Source: a virus (Duplodnaviria > Caudoviricetes). From it: a stretch of DNA of 61,871 nt. The notes under the pieces were generated by a model. That model did not search any database. It worked only from the letters and a program-made list of their open reading frames with translations, and was not told where the DNA came from. Positions 8,176-19,658 of the stretch are shown here, piece after piece. The position numbers were made by a program, and so were the translations under genes. How positions within the stretch are numbered: position 1 is the first letter of the stretch; every line of letters starts with the position of its first letter. The DNA is taken from positions 1-61,871 of the IMG/VR virus record IMGVR_UViG_3300042465_001631, one strand, 5' to 3'.

Positions 8176-9756
8176 ATGAAAAAATATACGCAGGAGTTTA
8201 AGGACTCAGTACTACATTATTTTATGTCTGGAGGCACAATCACTAAGGCTTGTGAACTAACTTGCGAGGCACATAATATTCCTTATAATGATGGAGTTCG
8301 TAGAAAAGTATCTAAATGGTTAGAGGAGAATAATATCTCTAATAATATAGAGCTTGAGAAGACCGACGTATTCCAAGAGGCTAAGAAGAAAGTGTTTGAT
8401 GAGTCTAAGCAAAGGTTCATAATCTCATGGTGTCAGTCAGAGACGGATATTAATGAAAGATTTTTTACAAATATAGAGGCTTATGCTAAGCATATTGACG
8501 CATCAATACATATTATTGCTGGTCGCTATAAGAATCCAATTTCATTGTCTGCCAGTAAGTCGCTTAAGAATAAAGAAGATTTACTGCAAAATTCTTGGCA
8601 CGAAAGAGCTTTACCTTATTTAGATGCCAATAGACACAAAATACACAAGCATTTATGTATATTATCAGACCTTAAAATTCAGCCTACAGCATCTACACCA
8701 TTATCTGGAATTAATGGGCTTACAGGGCTTGAATCGTGTATCGTAGGGCATCCAAGGGTACACCTGAAGTCATTGCCAGTTTTAAATGGTTATCCTCAAA
8801 AAACACTACTAACTACTGGATCAGTTTCTATTGAGAATTATACTGACACAAAGGTTGGAAAGAAGGGTGAATTTCACCATACTTACGGATTTGTAGTAGT
8901 AGAACTTGATGGGGATAACTTCCATATTAGACAGGTTACTGCCGATGAAGATGGTACATTCTATGACCTTGAGTTGTCTGTTATAGATGGAATTGTAGAG
9001 AAGCATAATGAGCCTACGGTAATAGTATTTGGTGATTTACACCTTGGAGAAACTAATGAAGGAGCGCTTAAAGTGTCATTTGAAATGGCAGATAGATTAA
9101 AATGTAGCCAGATTATCTTACACGACGCATTTGATTCTCATAGTATCAGCCATCATGAAAGAACACAACCGTTTCAATTACTTAAGCGTGAGGAGAATGG
9201 AACAGATAATTTATTTGAAGAATTATTTAATTTATCTGATTTTTTTGAATCTCACTCAGAATATAACTTTGGAGTTGTTCGTTCAAATCATTGCGAATTT
9301 CTTGATAGATGGTTAAACGATGTTGACTGGAGAAAGTCTAGGAACAAAATGGCATATCTACAACTAGCTACATCATTAGCATTTGATAAAGATAATAAGG
9401 GGGTTATTCCAATGTACTTAAAGGAAGTTGGGGTTACTAATGCCTTCTGCCTAGGAATTGATGATAGTCTTAGAGTGCTAGACTGGGAGCTCGGGGTACA
9501 TGGTCATATTGGTGCTAATGGAAGCAGAGGAAGCGCTATACAGTTTGCTCAAATGAATACCAAAACTATTACAGGACATACTCACTCTCCCTTAAGATTA
9601 GACGGTCATGTTTGTGTTGGAACCATGACAGATTTAAGAGTAGGTTACAATAAAGGTTTGTCTAGCTGGAATCACGCAAATGCAGTTATTTATCCAAACG
9701 GCAAGGTTCAATTAATAATTATAAATAAAGATACTTATAAATACACTACGCTATGA
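8176..9756 (+). CDS. Calcineurin-like metallophosphoesterase with N-terminal HTH (T5 A1-like architecture)
   Basis: GDLHLG, HDAFD, SNH, HGHIG, GHTHS; duplicated domain layout. Confidence 0.7.
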   Translation: MKKYTQEFKDSVLHYFMSGGTITKACELTCEAHNIPYNDGVRRKVSKWLEENNISNNIELEKTDVFQEAKKKVFDESKQRFIISWCQSETDINERFFTNIEAYAKHIDASIHIIAGRYKNPISLSASKSLKNKEDLLQNSWHERALPYLDANRHKIHKHLCILSDLKIQPTASTPLSGINGLTGLESCIVGHPRVHLKSLPVLNGYPQKTLLTTGSVSIENYTDTKVGKKGEFHHTYGFVVVELDGDNFHIRQVTADEDGTFYDLELSVIDGIVEKHNEPTVIVFGDLHLGETNEGALKVSFEMADRLKCSQIILHDAFDSHSISHHERTQPFQLLKREENGTDNLFEELFNLSDFFESHSEYNFGVVRSNHCEFLDRWLNDVDWRKSRNKMAYLQLATSLAFDKDNKGVIPMYLKEVGVTNAFCLGIDDSLRVLDWELGVHGHIGANGSRGSAIQFAQMNTKTITGHTHSPLRLDGHVCVGTMTDLRVGYNKGLSSWNHANAVIYPNGKVQLIIINKDTYKYTTL

Positions 9757-10289
9757 AAGAAATATGGATTGATGTAATTAATTTTGAAGAAAATTATCAA
9801 GTATCTAATATGGGTAGATTTAGAAGTAAAGATGCCGTTATAAATAGAACTGATGGAAAGTCTTATGTAAAAAAGGGAAGAATACTAAAACCAACATACT
9901 ACTCAAACGGATACAATCAATTAATGTTATATAAAAATAAAAAAAGATATACATTTATTTCTCATAGAGTTGTAGCAAAACACTTTATACCTAATATAGA
10001 TAATAAAAAAGAAGTAAATCATATTAATAATTTAAAAGATGATAATAGGGTAGAAAATTTAGAGTGGTGTACTCCATCTGAAAATATACAAAAAGCACTA
10101 ATATATAATCCTAATTTTGGAAAAAATAGAGGAAGGGAGAATGATAGATTAACGGAGACAGATGTAATTCAAATAAAAAAAATGATTAATGATAATTTAA
10201 AAAATAGCGAAATACTATCTAAATATAAAATATCAGCATCTTCTTTTTTTAATATAAAATCTAATAAAACATGGTCTCATTTAAAATAA
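9753..10289 (+). CDS. NUMOD4-HNH homing endonuclease
   Basis: EIW...YQVSNMGRFRS; HRVVAKHF...VNHINNLKDDNRVENLEWCT. Confidence 0.9.
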   Translation: MKEIWIDVINFEENYQVSNMGRFRSKDAVINRTDGKSYVKKGRILKPTYYSNGYNQLMLYKNKKRYTFISHRVVAKHFIPNIDNKKEVNHINNLKDDNRVENLEWCTPSENIQKALIYNPNFGKNRGRENDRLTETDVIQIKKMINDNLKNSEILSKYKISASSFFNIKSNKTWSHLK

Positions 10290-10296
10290 TAACATT

Positions 10297-10533
10297 ATGA
10301 GTAAAGCAGTAATCACATGGAACTTAAATGACTTTGAAGAGAATCAAGACTTCAAGAGATGTATAAAGTCAAATGATATGGCTAGGTTGTTGTGGGAGTT
10401 AAAGCATAACTCATATAAGAAATGTAGTTACAAGGCTGATGATTCAGGAGAAGATGACTTTCACGTTATATTTGAGCATATTAACAGCCTATTTGAGCAG
10501 TATAATGTTGACATTGATGATCTAATAGATTAA
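10297..10533 (+). CDS. Hypothetical protein
   Basis: Last ORF of the + arm. Confidence 0.6.
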   Translation: MSKAVITWNLNDFEENQDFKRCIKSNDMARLLWELKHNSYKKCSYKADDSGEDDFHVIFEHINSLFEQYNVDIDDLID

Positions 10534-10566
10534 AAAAATAAAGCCTCCTAATTGGAGGCTTTTTTA
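10532..10566. terminator. Bidirectional intrinsic terminator between convergent arms
   Basis: A-tract, AAAGCCTCC-taatt-GGAGGCTTT, T-tract. Confidence 0.85.
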
Positions 10567-10569
10567 TTA

Positions 10570-13500
10570 TTATCTACTTCCACTCTGAGTTCTAGTTCCA
10601 GATGATTCTCTACTTCTACTTTCGCTTCTGCTTCCAGACGAACTTCTTCCTCCAGACGTATCTTTAACATCTTCAGGTCTTAATCCTAGTTGTTCTACCA
10701 TTCCTCCTTGGAAATATCCACTAGCAAATCCACTAGCCTTATACTCATGCTTAATTTCTGGTAATCCATTAAGTCCTCTATAAATATCTCGAACATCTCT
10801 TACTACTCTCCAAGGTATTATAGGTGTAGATAATCTACTTCCAACTAATTGACCAGCTCCTCCAAGTGCCTTCTGAGTTTTACCAGATGCAGCGTTCTTT
10901 AAGGCTCGTTGAATTTTCTTACCTTCATCAAAAGCATCTGCCTTTATGTTCATCTGCTGACCTAAGAACTCTCCAAGTTTTTTATCTTTTTGAGCTAACA
11001 TAAACTGTACAGCTGGAGGATTTGTTTTCTTCATATACTTATTAGCCCAAGGATTTTTCTTTAACCAGTCATACAGGTCATCATCTGCTCCTGTTGCGCT
11101 AGCTAATGCAAACGCAGCTAAAGTTACAGCAGCTCCAATAAACATTCTTGTATTAGCATTCTTCGCTAATAACTGATACTTCAAATCTTTTTCAAGATTC
11201 TTCATGCCTTCTTCAGTGCTAAGATCAAGTTTACTCCCTCTCGATTTAATGTTCCAGTATATTGTGCTTAAAGTAGGAATACCTGCCTTCTGAGCAGCAA
11301 GCAATGTCCAGTTAGTACCACCTCCAATATAAGGGTTAAGTATGTTAGTAGTAACTATAGAAGCGGCAGTTAATGCAGCAGCATCATTCCATTTCTTATC
11401 CTTTACAGCCTTATCAGTTCTAGTTTGAACCCAAGAGTTAAATAAGTTTAATGGTTTGGATATAATATTATTCGGTTCATGACCTAATTCAAATCCAGCT
11501 ACCGTTTCAGCAGATTTTAACGATGCCTCAAGCTCTTCTAATGTTATTTTATTTCCTCTAACTAATGCTTCATTAACTAAATCATTTGCAAATCTATAAA
11601 TACTTTCCTTAGAGTCTGGTATAACCTTTTTACCAGCATCTTCATTTATTTTATCAGTAATTTGTTTTGCTGTGACTAACGCATCTTCAAATGACTGACC
11701 AGTAAGTTGCTCTGAAACATAGTTCTTAGCTTCTGATTTAGAATAGCCCTTCTTTCTAAGTATTTTTATCAAGTTATAATGAAAGAATCCTTGAGCAAGA
11801 GCAGCCTTGTGCATACTATCGGCAGACTCTAAGAATGGTTTCCCAAGAGCAGTAGAAGTTAGTGCGTGATATAATCTACTATCACTTGCGTTAACAATTA
11901 AATCCATTGTCTTGCTCTTAGTAATGAATGGAGAGGTTACATCTCCAAATTCAAGACCATTACCTAATGTAATATCCTTAAATGTCATACTAGCGAGTTT
12001 ATTTCTTGATTCCTTTAATGATTTCGTATCTACATTATCAAACATAAAACCAACTTTTTTAAATGCTCTTGAAATATATCCAGACGTTGTATTCTCAATA
12101 GCTTGAGCTACAGATACTAATGCATTTCTTTGAGCAAGACCTACAAACTCTTTAGCAATAGTTATTGCTTTATATAATCCATTAGACTCAGACCAGGCAA
12201 CCTTACTAAGTAGTCTCTCAATCTTTTTATTTATAGCTCTCTCTGCTTGTTTTAAATATACTTGATTTAATTGATTTCCATCACTATCTTTTTGAGAAAA
12301 CAATTCAGATAAGCTCTTAGCTAAATTCTTAGCCTCATTAAAACTTTTCTGATCCAATTCGTTCATACCAAGGGCAGTATTTATTAAGTGGTCATAGGTA
12401 TCAGATTCTTTCTCAAATAAGCCATAGTTATATAGCTCGGCAAGTTTTTTAGCACTAGTCTTTAAGTTAACCTTCTTCCTAGGTATATTTCTTCTTTCTA
12501 ATTCGTTTAATGACTTCTCGATAATACTAGCTCTAAGATTATTATACTCTTCTACCAAGTCTTTAGCAGCATCTTCTCCTATTATCTTCTCTACATTTTC
12601 TTTTATTTTTTCTACACTTCCCTCTTCTCCAGCAAGTTTCTTCCAATCAAGTACATTACGTTTTTTACCCTTAACTGTAATTTCCTTACCAAACCCAGCC
12701 TCTATTAAAGCCTGGTTAACTATATCCTTATTAGATAATTCCTTATCCTTAATTTCTTTTTCAGATATTCCTTCAGTTTTAAATCCTTGAGTCATATCAT
12801 CTCTAAACATTCCCTCATTAGCCCAGTCCTTACCATACTTTTCTTTGATATGGTTTATACCAAGTTCAATAGCGTCAGCTATATTAACACCAGCCTTTAT
12901 AGAGTTTTTAATAACTGTTATACCAGAATCAATCAACGCAATAGGAAGACCTATAGTAGCATCATAAGCTCTGCCCTTAAGTTTCTTCTGTATCTTCTCT
13001 AACGCAGCTATAGCCTTATCAGCCCTAACTCTTCTAGCTGTAGGAAGTTTCTTATATATTTCGTTTATCTGTTTTTCAACGCCACTAAGTATAAGTTGTT
13101 CTATATCAGACTCACTAACTATAGATTCGTATTCTTTTTGAATGGTATTTGCATCGGATTGAATAGCTTTTTCAACTTCTTTCTTAGCTCTTAATTGATC
13201 ACCAGATAAGAATCCATCTGTAATTGACTCATAGTTAAATCCATCCTTCATGATAGCTCTTAATCTACCCATATTAATAGCTAAAGAAGATTCTCTTAAG
13301 AACTGTTGAGATTTTGCTCTAACTAAGTCCTGTAGTTTCTTTAATCCAACATTATTAGGTTCTGAATTAACTAAATCAAACATTTCATTCTCTAACGACA
13401 CATACACAAGAGCTTTCTCGTGAGCCTTTAAGTTTGCTGTATCAAGAAATTCAAGTGTCTTTTCAATATACTTATCACCATAAACTTCCTTAGCCATGGC

Positions 13501-16500
13501 AACAGTTTCCTTTCCATGAATACCAGCCTCAACAAGTGGCATAATATCTATCTCTTGAATATTGCGTGGAGCCTCTCCTTCAACTCTCTCTATAGTTTCG
13601 CCACTTAAGTATTTTCCAACCTTACTAGACTCAGGAATATCCTTAACCTTATCTCTAAAAGCCTCTATATCATTAGTAGCTTCCTTAACTTTAAAAGAAT
13701 CAAGTACCTTAGCTTCATTAACTACATCATCGAAATGTACATTAAAAGCCTTTGCAGCCTCCGAAATATGATTAGCAGTAACAATACCTCCCTCAGCAAT
13801 ACTTTTGGCTATTTTAGCCACCATATCGATTATGTCATTGGCACTAAATCCATTTTGTTTATAATCGTCTATATTTATATTTGCATTAGGAAACAAATCA
13901 TTAATAGCTTTTAATTTAGCTTTAATAGTATCTGCTACTTCATCTATCTTAGCGTTTGATAGCTTTATTTTTTCTTCGACTGTTTTTCTAGAAACCTCTT
14001 TAGCGCTAACGCTTTCAAAACCTGTGCTCTTGTTAAATTCTTCTTCATAGTAATTAATTGCATCCTCATCGGATAGTTCGTTTATATAATCATCTTCTGC
14101 TTTAATTGCTTCATACATCGCCAATTCTTTTTCAGATAAACCACCTAAAAAAGCATCAGCCTCTTGTTGTTTAAGTTTATCGGACTCCTCACTTGTTGCG
14201 CTCACTAATTTATCCCTAACTTCAGCCAACGAACCATTACTATTTATAATGTCAATAAGTTGATTTCTTATTTCTTGTTGGTCTAGTTCAGGATAATCAC
14301 TTGCTAAGTCTTCAGCTAATTTTTCAATAGAATCTGCTTTTTTGTCAGTAACCCAACCTGCTTTATCTCCAGTTTCTTGTTTAGGGTTATTTACCTTAAT
14401 TCCCTTTGCTAAAGCGTCTAATGCTACTTCATATTCAGTAGTAGGAGTAAACTTATCTAAAGCGTCTCTAAATATTTTTTCTTGCTCTACTTTAATTTTA
14501 TTATTAGTAGTAACGCCCATCGCTTCGGCTTCTATTATGGTATAATTGGAGTTTTTCTTTAATTTAACCTCTCCTTTATTGTTTTTATACTCAATAAATC
14601 GTTTGACTTCTACACCTTTCTTAGTAGTTATCTTAGTAACGTTACCATTATCGTCGTAGGTTATATCGTATTTAGATTTAACTTCTTTTGGTGCAGTTAG
14701 TTTTATAGGAGTAGGAACTATGTCTTCAGTAGGTTTAACCTCTACTGGAGTTACTTCTTTTACTGGTAACTCTTCTTTTTTATAATTTTCTATAACCTTA
14801 TCTAATAAAATAGCGTCTGGTACTCCATTTGGAAAATCAGTTTCTATTTTTTTAGCTATGCTTAATGCTTCATTTAAATCGTCAAAATATAAATTATCCT
14901 TAGGTAATTCACTTCCTTTTTCTCCTACATTTAAAACATATTTACCTTTATCACCATAATTATTATCGTTTAATCTATGTTTACTAGTTTCGAAATATAT
15001 GTTAGACCCATTTCCTAATTGTCCTATTGGCTTAATTTCTTCAGCAATTTCAGTAACCACCTCTTCAGTAGGTTTGACTACTTCAGTAACTACTTCAGGT
15101 TCATACTTAGCGTCTATAAGAGCATTTCTTTCTGTTTGAGCATCTCTATAATCTGATTCTAACGACTTGATTAGTTCTGCTTTGTTTGGTAAGTTGCCTT
15201 CATTTATAGCAACAGCCTCTGTTTTAATATCAGCAACTTTATTGTTTAAATCAATAATCTTTCTATACACATCGTCAGGCATATTATTTACCTTTTCTAT
15301 TGTATTAGCTATTATGTTAGAGTTCTGAGCTGTAGCCTTGTCTATTTGTTTGGTTATTACAGCTCTTTCAGTATCATTTAAAGATTCATTCTCTAATTGT
15401 TTAGAAAAGTCAATAATCTTTCTTGAGTTCTCATCTAAAACATTTAAATCGCTATTATTTTGATGTGACTTAAGTATTGCTCCAGCAACATGCGGAGCTG
15501 CTTTTAATATATTTGTTAGTGTAAATGTATCCTTAAGAACTGTACCAGCATTATCTAATAACCCTACATCTTTTTTGCCTAAAACGTATTTATTTGTAAA
15601 GTTTTGTGTAAAATTAGTAAACTCCTCACCAGATATTTCTTTACTCATATCAACAGACCAGTCCTTAGCCCATTCCTTAGCCCTTTCTTTTACAGTTTTT
15701 TTTATTAAATCACCTTCATTCTTTACAATAGCATCGATAACTCTTCCTCCTTTTGTAAGTATAGATAGCGTAGGTATCTCAGATATTACCTCAGCAGAAC
15801 CCCAAAGAGCTGGAGCTACCGCCATTTGTAGCGGAGAATAAGTAGCTTTACCTTCAAGAACTTCTTTATTCATTTCGGTATATTTCTCACCAGTAGATGA
15901 AATACCAACGACTCCTAACCCACCTATACCAGTTGACGTAGCTACAAGATTAGGTATTTGCTTAGATATAATGTCAGAAGCGTAGTTTATAAAACCTTCT
16001 GGGCTTTCAATACTTTCCACTGACTTTCTTAACTGACTCTCTTCGTCAGATATATAGTCGTTTATTTTATTTGTAACTTGCTGACCAGCTAGTGAATATA
16101 ACTCTCCCTGAGCCCCCATTCCAAATTTAGCAGCGTAGTTAGTAAAACCTAATATACCATTTAATATCTTAGTACCTCCTAAGCCAATATTTGTAACTGC
16201 ATTATCTATATCTCCATACCTTCTTTTAAGTAAATCAAATTCTTGTTTTACAGTGCCTAAATCCTCCTTGTTCTTGTTTATTACAGATTGTCTTTTCTGT
16301 ATGCTATTTCCAATACCAATTATCTCATTACCTAAAGATACGTACGATTCGTACGTTTCTTTTGGAAGCGGTTGATTATTATTCTTATACTTAAGAAGTT
16401 CTTGCTCTATAGTTTTATACTCATTTATTTTCTTGTTACCTATTACCTCATAGGCATTTATAGCTTTTTCTTCTTTTAGATTATTTTCTTGTAAGTGCTC

Positions 16501-17373
16501 ACCTAAATTTTTTCTACTTTGCTTTAATAGATTCTTATCATTTTCATCAAGATTATCTAAGAATGAATTTAAATTATCAGTTTCAATATAATCTTTTTGT
16601 TTGTTTTTATATAATTGCTTTGCACGTTCTTCTACTTCAACATCACTTAGCTCTATTTTATTTTTAGCAGCATCCTTTAAAACCTCTTTCTTTTCATCTG
16701 ATAATACATCGGTATCTGCCTTTAGTTTATCAACTCCAATAGCTCTTAGTGCAGGCTGATCTAAAACAGCGTTGTACATGTCTATTGAAGTGGACTTTAC
16801 ATTATTCCAAATACCAGTATTAGTAAGTGCATCATTTAGTCTTTTATCAGCCTCGACCTCAGCAGCCTCATCATCCTTAGCAGTCTTAAATTGCTGCTCT
16901 ATTTCAGATAATCTATTATTGCTAATCGCATCTTGTTCTTTAATTACAGATGAAAGCTCATCAGTCTTTCTTAATATTTCTTCTTGGTTCTGAGGAGTTA
17001 CTTTAGTAGTAGCTAATTCTTTCTGAAGTGTAAGTTTTTTGCCTATTAAAGCAGCTGATTTAGATATTTTAGGAACAGGTTTAGCCTGAAGAGTCTGTTG
17101 TTCTTCAGGTGTAAATCCAGTAAATATTTTCATTTTAGGTGGTCCACCTAAACCATCCGATTCCACAGGAGGTTGAGTTTCTTCTGTATCCGATGAAGTA
17201 GGAGTAGGTTGAGTTTGTGTATGAGAAGCCAATTGCTTTTTTGGAGCAGTAGGTTGAGTAGCTACTTTTTTTTTTGAGTCAGCAATATAAAGGTCTATAA
17301 TTCTCCTTACATCATTGTCACTAGCTCCTTGACTTTTAGCTCCTTCTATTAAATTTCTTAATTCCTCGTCCAT
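10570..17373 (-). CDS. Large internal virion/ejection protein (2267 aa)
   Basis: Size, helical composition, position at end of structural operon. Confidence 0.6.
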   Translation of the reverse strand: MDEELRNLIEGAKSQGASDNDVRRIIDLYIADSKKKVATQPTAPKKQLASHTQTQPTPTSSDTEETQPPVESDGLGGPPKMKIFTGFTPEEQQTLQAKPVPKISKSAALIGKKLTLQKELATTKVTPQNQEEILRKTDELSSVIKEQDAISNNRLSEIEQQFKTAKDDEAAEVEADKRLNDALTNTGIWNNVKSTSIDMYNAVLDQPALRAIGVDKLKADTDVLSDEKKEVLKDAAKNKIELSDVEVEERAKQLYKNKQKDYIETDNLNSFLDNLDENDKNLLKQSRKNLGEHLQENNLKEEKAINAYEVIGNKKINEYKTIEQELLKYKNNNQPLPKETYESYVSLGNEIIGIGNSIQKRQSVINKNKEDLGTVKQEFDLLKRRYGDIDNAVTNIGLGGTKILNGILGFTNYAAKFGMGAQGELYSLAGQQVTNKINDYISDEESQLRKSVESIESPEGFINYASDIISKQIPNLVATSTGIGGLGVVGISSTGEKYTEMNKEVLEGKATYSPLQMAVAPALWGSAEVISEIPTLSILTKGGRVIDAIVKNEGDLIKKTVKERAKEWAKDWSVDMSKEISGEEFTNFTQNFTNKYVLGKKDVGLLDNAGTVLKDTFTLTNILKAAPHVAGAILKSHQNNSDLNVLDENSRKIIDFSKQLENESLNDTERAVITKQIDKATAQNSNIIANTIEKVNNMPDDVYRKIIDLNNKVADIKTEAVAINEGNLPNKAELIKSLESDYRDAQTERNALIDAKYEPEVVTEVVKPTEEVVTEIAEEIKPIGQLGNGSNIYFETSKHRLNDNNYGDKGKYVLNVGEKGSELPKDNLYFDDLNEALSIAKKIETDFPNGVPDAILLDKVIENYKKEELPVKEVTPVEVKPTEDIVPTPIKLTAPKEVKSKYDITYDDNGNVTKITTKKGVEVKRFIEYKNNKGEVKLKKNSNYTIIEAEAMGVTTNNKIKVEQEKIFRDALDKFTPTTEYEVALDALAKGIKVNNPKQETGDKAGWVTDKKADSIEKLAEDLASDYPELDQQEIRNQLIDIINSNGSLAEVRDKLVSATSEESDKLKQQEADAFLGGLSEKELAMYEAIKAEDDYINELSDEDAINYYEEEFNKSTGFESVSAKEVSRKTVEEKIKLSNAKIDEVADTIKAKLKAINDLFPNANINIDDYKQNGFSANDIIDMVAKIAKSIAEGGIVTANHISEAAKAFNVHFDDVVNEAKVLDSFKVKEATNDIEAFRDKVKDIPESSKVGKYLSGETIERVEGEAPRNIQEIDIMPLVEAGIHGKETVAMAKEVYGDKYIEKTLEFLDTANLKAHEKALVYVSLENEMFDLVNSEPNNVGLKKLQDLVRAKSQQFLRESSLAINMGRLRAIMKDGFNYESITDGFLSGDQLRAKKEVEKAIQSDANTIQKEYESIVSESDIEQLILSGVEKQINEIYKKLPTARRVRADKAIAALEKIQKKLKGRAYDATIGLPIALIDSGITVIKNSIKAGVNIADAIELGINHIKEKYGKDWANEGMFRDDMTQGFKTEGISEKEIKDKELSNKDIVNQALIEAGFGKEITVKGKKRNVLDWKKLAGEEGSVEKIKENVEKIIGEDAAKDLVEEYNNLRASIIEKSLNELERRNIPRKKVNLKTSAKKLAELYNYGLFEKESDTYDHLINTALGMNELDQKSFNEAKNLAKSLSELFSQKDSDGNQLNQVYLKQAERAINKKIERLLSKVAWSESNGLYKAITIAKEFVGLAQRNALVSVAQAIENTTSGYISRAFKKVGFMFDNVDTKSLKESRNKLASMTFKDITLGNGLEFGDVTSPFITKSKTMDLIVNASDSRLYHALTSTALGKPFLESADSMHKAALAQGFFHYNLIKILRKKGYSKSEAKNYVSEQLTGQSFEDALVTAKQITDKINEDAGKKVIPDSKESIYRFANDLVNEALVRGNKITLEELEASLKSAETVAGFELGHEPNNIISKPLNLFNSWVQTRTDKAVKDKKWNDAAALTAASIVTTNILNPYIGGGTNWTLLAAQKAGIPTLSTIYWNIKSRGSKLDLSTEEGMKNLEKDLKYQLLAKNANTRMFIGAAVTLAAFALASATGADDDLYDWLKKNPWANKYMKKTNPPAVQFMLAQKDKKLGEFLGQQMNIKADAFDEGKKIQRALKNAASGKTQKALGGAGQLVGSRLSTPIIPWRVVRDVRDIYRGLNGLPEIKHEYKASGFASGYFQGGMVEQLGLRPEDVKDTSGGRSSSGSRSESRSRESSGTRTQSGSR

Positions 17374-18869
17374 TATTTTTTCTTTGTTTGTTGTTTAAAG
17401 TATGTATCCGCATCGAATCCACTGCCACTTACATTACCACCCTTTTGAATAGTCTTCCAATTATCTACTGCTTGAGGCTTAAGATAGTCGTATAATTCTC
17501 GGTATCCACTCAAGTACCTTCTCCTTGCAGGATCATATATTTGAGTAGCAATATTAGATATTTTTGAAATATCAGGAGCTACATCACCTTTTTTCTTACT
17601 AGAATATGTAACATCTGCTACAGTTGTAATCCCGTCAACTACATTCTTTTCTTCTATCTTCATCTGTAACTCATTAGTTACAGGATCAATATAAATAGCC
17701 TTAAGGTTCTGAGCTGCCCCAGTAGATTTATCTATAACAGGAACATCCATTGTAAATCCAGATCTTGATGTTTTTTTACCACCAACTTCAGTAGATGTGG
17801 TATATCTTATGTCTTGAGTTGTTGGAATTACTGGAGCAGGTTTTCCATCTCCGCTTCTATCAGGTGCCCATCCACGCCAAGTAGCTTCCTGATTTTGAAC
17901 TTGAGTTTGAACATATTTCAACCTTTCTCTTAAATATCTTTTACCAGTTTCTTTAGCTGCTTCGTCTTGAGCTTTAGTAAGTACTGGTTCTGGATTTCCA
18001 GATGCGTTTAATTGAACATATATTTTAGAAGGATCTTTTTCAGCCTCTGCTTTATTTATTGTTGGAGTGTATCTTTTTCCATTAATATCTCCATAATCAA
18101 CAAGTACAGATAACGCTCTTAACGGATCTCCTGTAAGACCATTAGATACATTATTTTCATATAGTTCAAAATTAGCACGAGCAGTTGGATCACTTATTGT
18201 CCATATTCCACCAGCTCCAACTTTTCCATACTTTGTAAATTCAGCTATCTTATCTGCCTGAGCATCAAGCTCTTTGTCTAATTGCACTTTCGGTATTAAT
18301 AAGTTTCTTTGGTTATTTAACCAGTTTACTTCGACCAAGTCGTTAGGATCTTTACCAACAATAAAACCTCTTCCAGTCTTAGGATCAGCTATAATACTCT
18401 TATCTGTTAATGATGCAGCTAAACCAAGAGTTTGAGCCATATAGTCAGATGCAGCAGATAGATTACCAGCCTTGTTTTCTTCAATATAAGTGTCGTAAGC
18501 TGTTTTAGCATTTTTACCTACAGCATCAATCGTATTGAATGTATCGTTTATATTTTGATTGAAAAGATTGTAATCTTTCTGAGACATCTTGCCCTCACGA
18601 ACTAGCTGTGCATTCTTACCAACTAAACCTTTAAGATTGTAAGCAGCCTCTGTAAGTTTAGTATTAATAGCTTCGTCTTTGCCAAGAGTAACCTTACCCA
18701 TTGCGGTAATGGTGTCATTGGTATCTTTCTCTAGTTTATCTCTATTAGCCTGGCGAGCAGCTTCACTATCGGTTAATGATTTCTGAACATTGCTAATAAC
18801 TGTATTCCAATCAAATGTTGGATTTGCTTTTACTTCGGCTGGATTGACTATTCCTCTATATTCTGGCAT
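17373..18869 (-). CDS. Putative internal virion/ejection protein
   Basis: Position between small Ala/Gly-rich and large ejection-like genes. Confidence 0.5.
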   Translation of the reverse strand: MPEYRGIVNPAEVKANPTFDWNTVISNVQKSLTDSEAARQANRDKLEKDTNDTITAMGKVTLGKDEAINTKLTEAAYNLKGLVGKNAQLVREGKMSQKDYNLFNQNINDTFNTIDAVGKNAKTAYDTYIEENKAGNLSAASDYMAQTLGLAASLTDKSIIADPKTGRGFIVGKDPNDLVEVNWLNNQRNLLIPKVQLDKELDAQADKIAEFTKYGKVGAGGIWTISDPTARANFELYENNVSNGLTGDPLRALSVLVDYGDINGKRYTPTINKAEAEKDPSKIYVQLNASGNPEPVLTKAQDEAAKETGKRYLRERLKYVQTQVQNQEATWRGWAPDRSGDGKPAPVIPTTQDIRYTTSTEVGGKKTSRSGFTMDVPVIDKSTGAAQNLKAIYIDPVTNELQMKIEEKNVVDGITTVADVTYSSKKKGDVAPDISKISNIATQIYDPARRRYLSGYRELYDYLKPQAVDNWKTIQKGGNVSGSGFDADTYFKQQTKKK

Positions 18870-18883
18870 AATTTATTTATTTA

Positions 18884-19657
18884 TTATCTTACTCCGCTCA
18901 TATTAAAAGAACTAAGCCAATCCATATTAGGAGCTGGTAACGGTCCAAAAGGATTAGCTGCTGCAGTAGACATTAGTGGATTATTTTGTTCGTAATAATT
19001 ACCATATCTTTGATTTGCTGGAGATTGAAAATTAGGGTTAGGTCCAGTATTTATGCTTGGTTTATTCATTCCAAAAGGAGAAATCATCCCAAGACCTGTA
19101 TTTATTGCACCAGCACCTGCCATTGCAGCACCTTGTTGTAATCCTAACTTAGCAGCATTTGCTGAAGCTGCAGCTGATTGAGCACCTGCTAATCTGTTAG
19201 CCTCTAGTTTAGCTAAATCTTGATTAACATTCATTCCTGACTGAGCCTGTGCTACACCTAGCTGATATAAGTCTTGTGCCGCTGCATCTCTTGTAGCAGC
19301 CTCTCCTTCTATACCAGCTGCGGCAAGTTTTCCAACTCCACCTGCTAGTTGACGAGAGTCACCCTCCTGAAGAGCTTGAGTCATCTGACCTACTTGAGCA
19401 GTAGTTTCTTTTGCTGCTCTATCATAAGCCGCCATAGGAGCCTGTAGTGCGCTAAAAAAGTCTTGACTTCTTAATTGTTCTTCTTTAGCAGCTGCATCTC
19501 TTGCTGCTCTTTCTGCTGACTTCTGTATATCTGCTTGTTTACTAGCTTGAATTAAATCAGTAGCTATATTAACTGCAGAAAGTCCCATTCCAATATATGG
19601 AGTTGCTGCTGCTAATCCTCCTGCTGCTCCTGCTGCTCCGCCTGCTGCTGCTCCCAT
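18884..19657 (-). CDS. Putative ejection (pilot-like) protein, Ala/Gly/Gln-rich
   Basis: Composition and position typical of podovirus DNA-transfer proteins. Confidence 0.55.
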   Translation of the reverse strand: MGAAAGGAAGAAGGLAAATPYIGMGLSAVNIATDLIQASKQADIQKSAERAARDAAAKEEQLRSQDFFSALQAPMAAYDRAAKETTAQVGQMTQALQEGDSRQLAGGVGKLAAAGIEGEAATRDAAAQDLYQLGVAQAQSGMNVNQDLAKLEANRLAGAQSAAASANAAKLGLQQGAAMAGAGAINTGLGMISPFGMNKPSINTGPNPNFQSPANQRYGNYYEQNNPLMSTAAANPFGPLPAPNMDWLSSFNMSGVR

Positions 19658-19658
19658 A

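Noticed and set aside
10570-17373. Virion RNA polymerase as in crAss-like or N4-like phages
   Set aside because: I could not find a DxDxD-type or T7-like catalytic motif; treated as an ejection protein.
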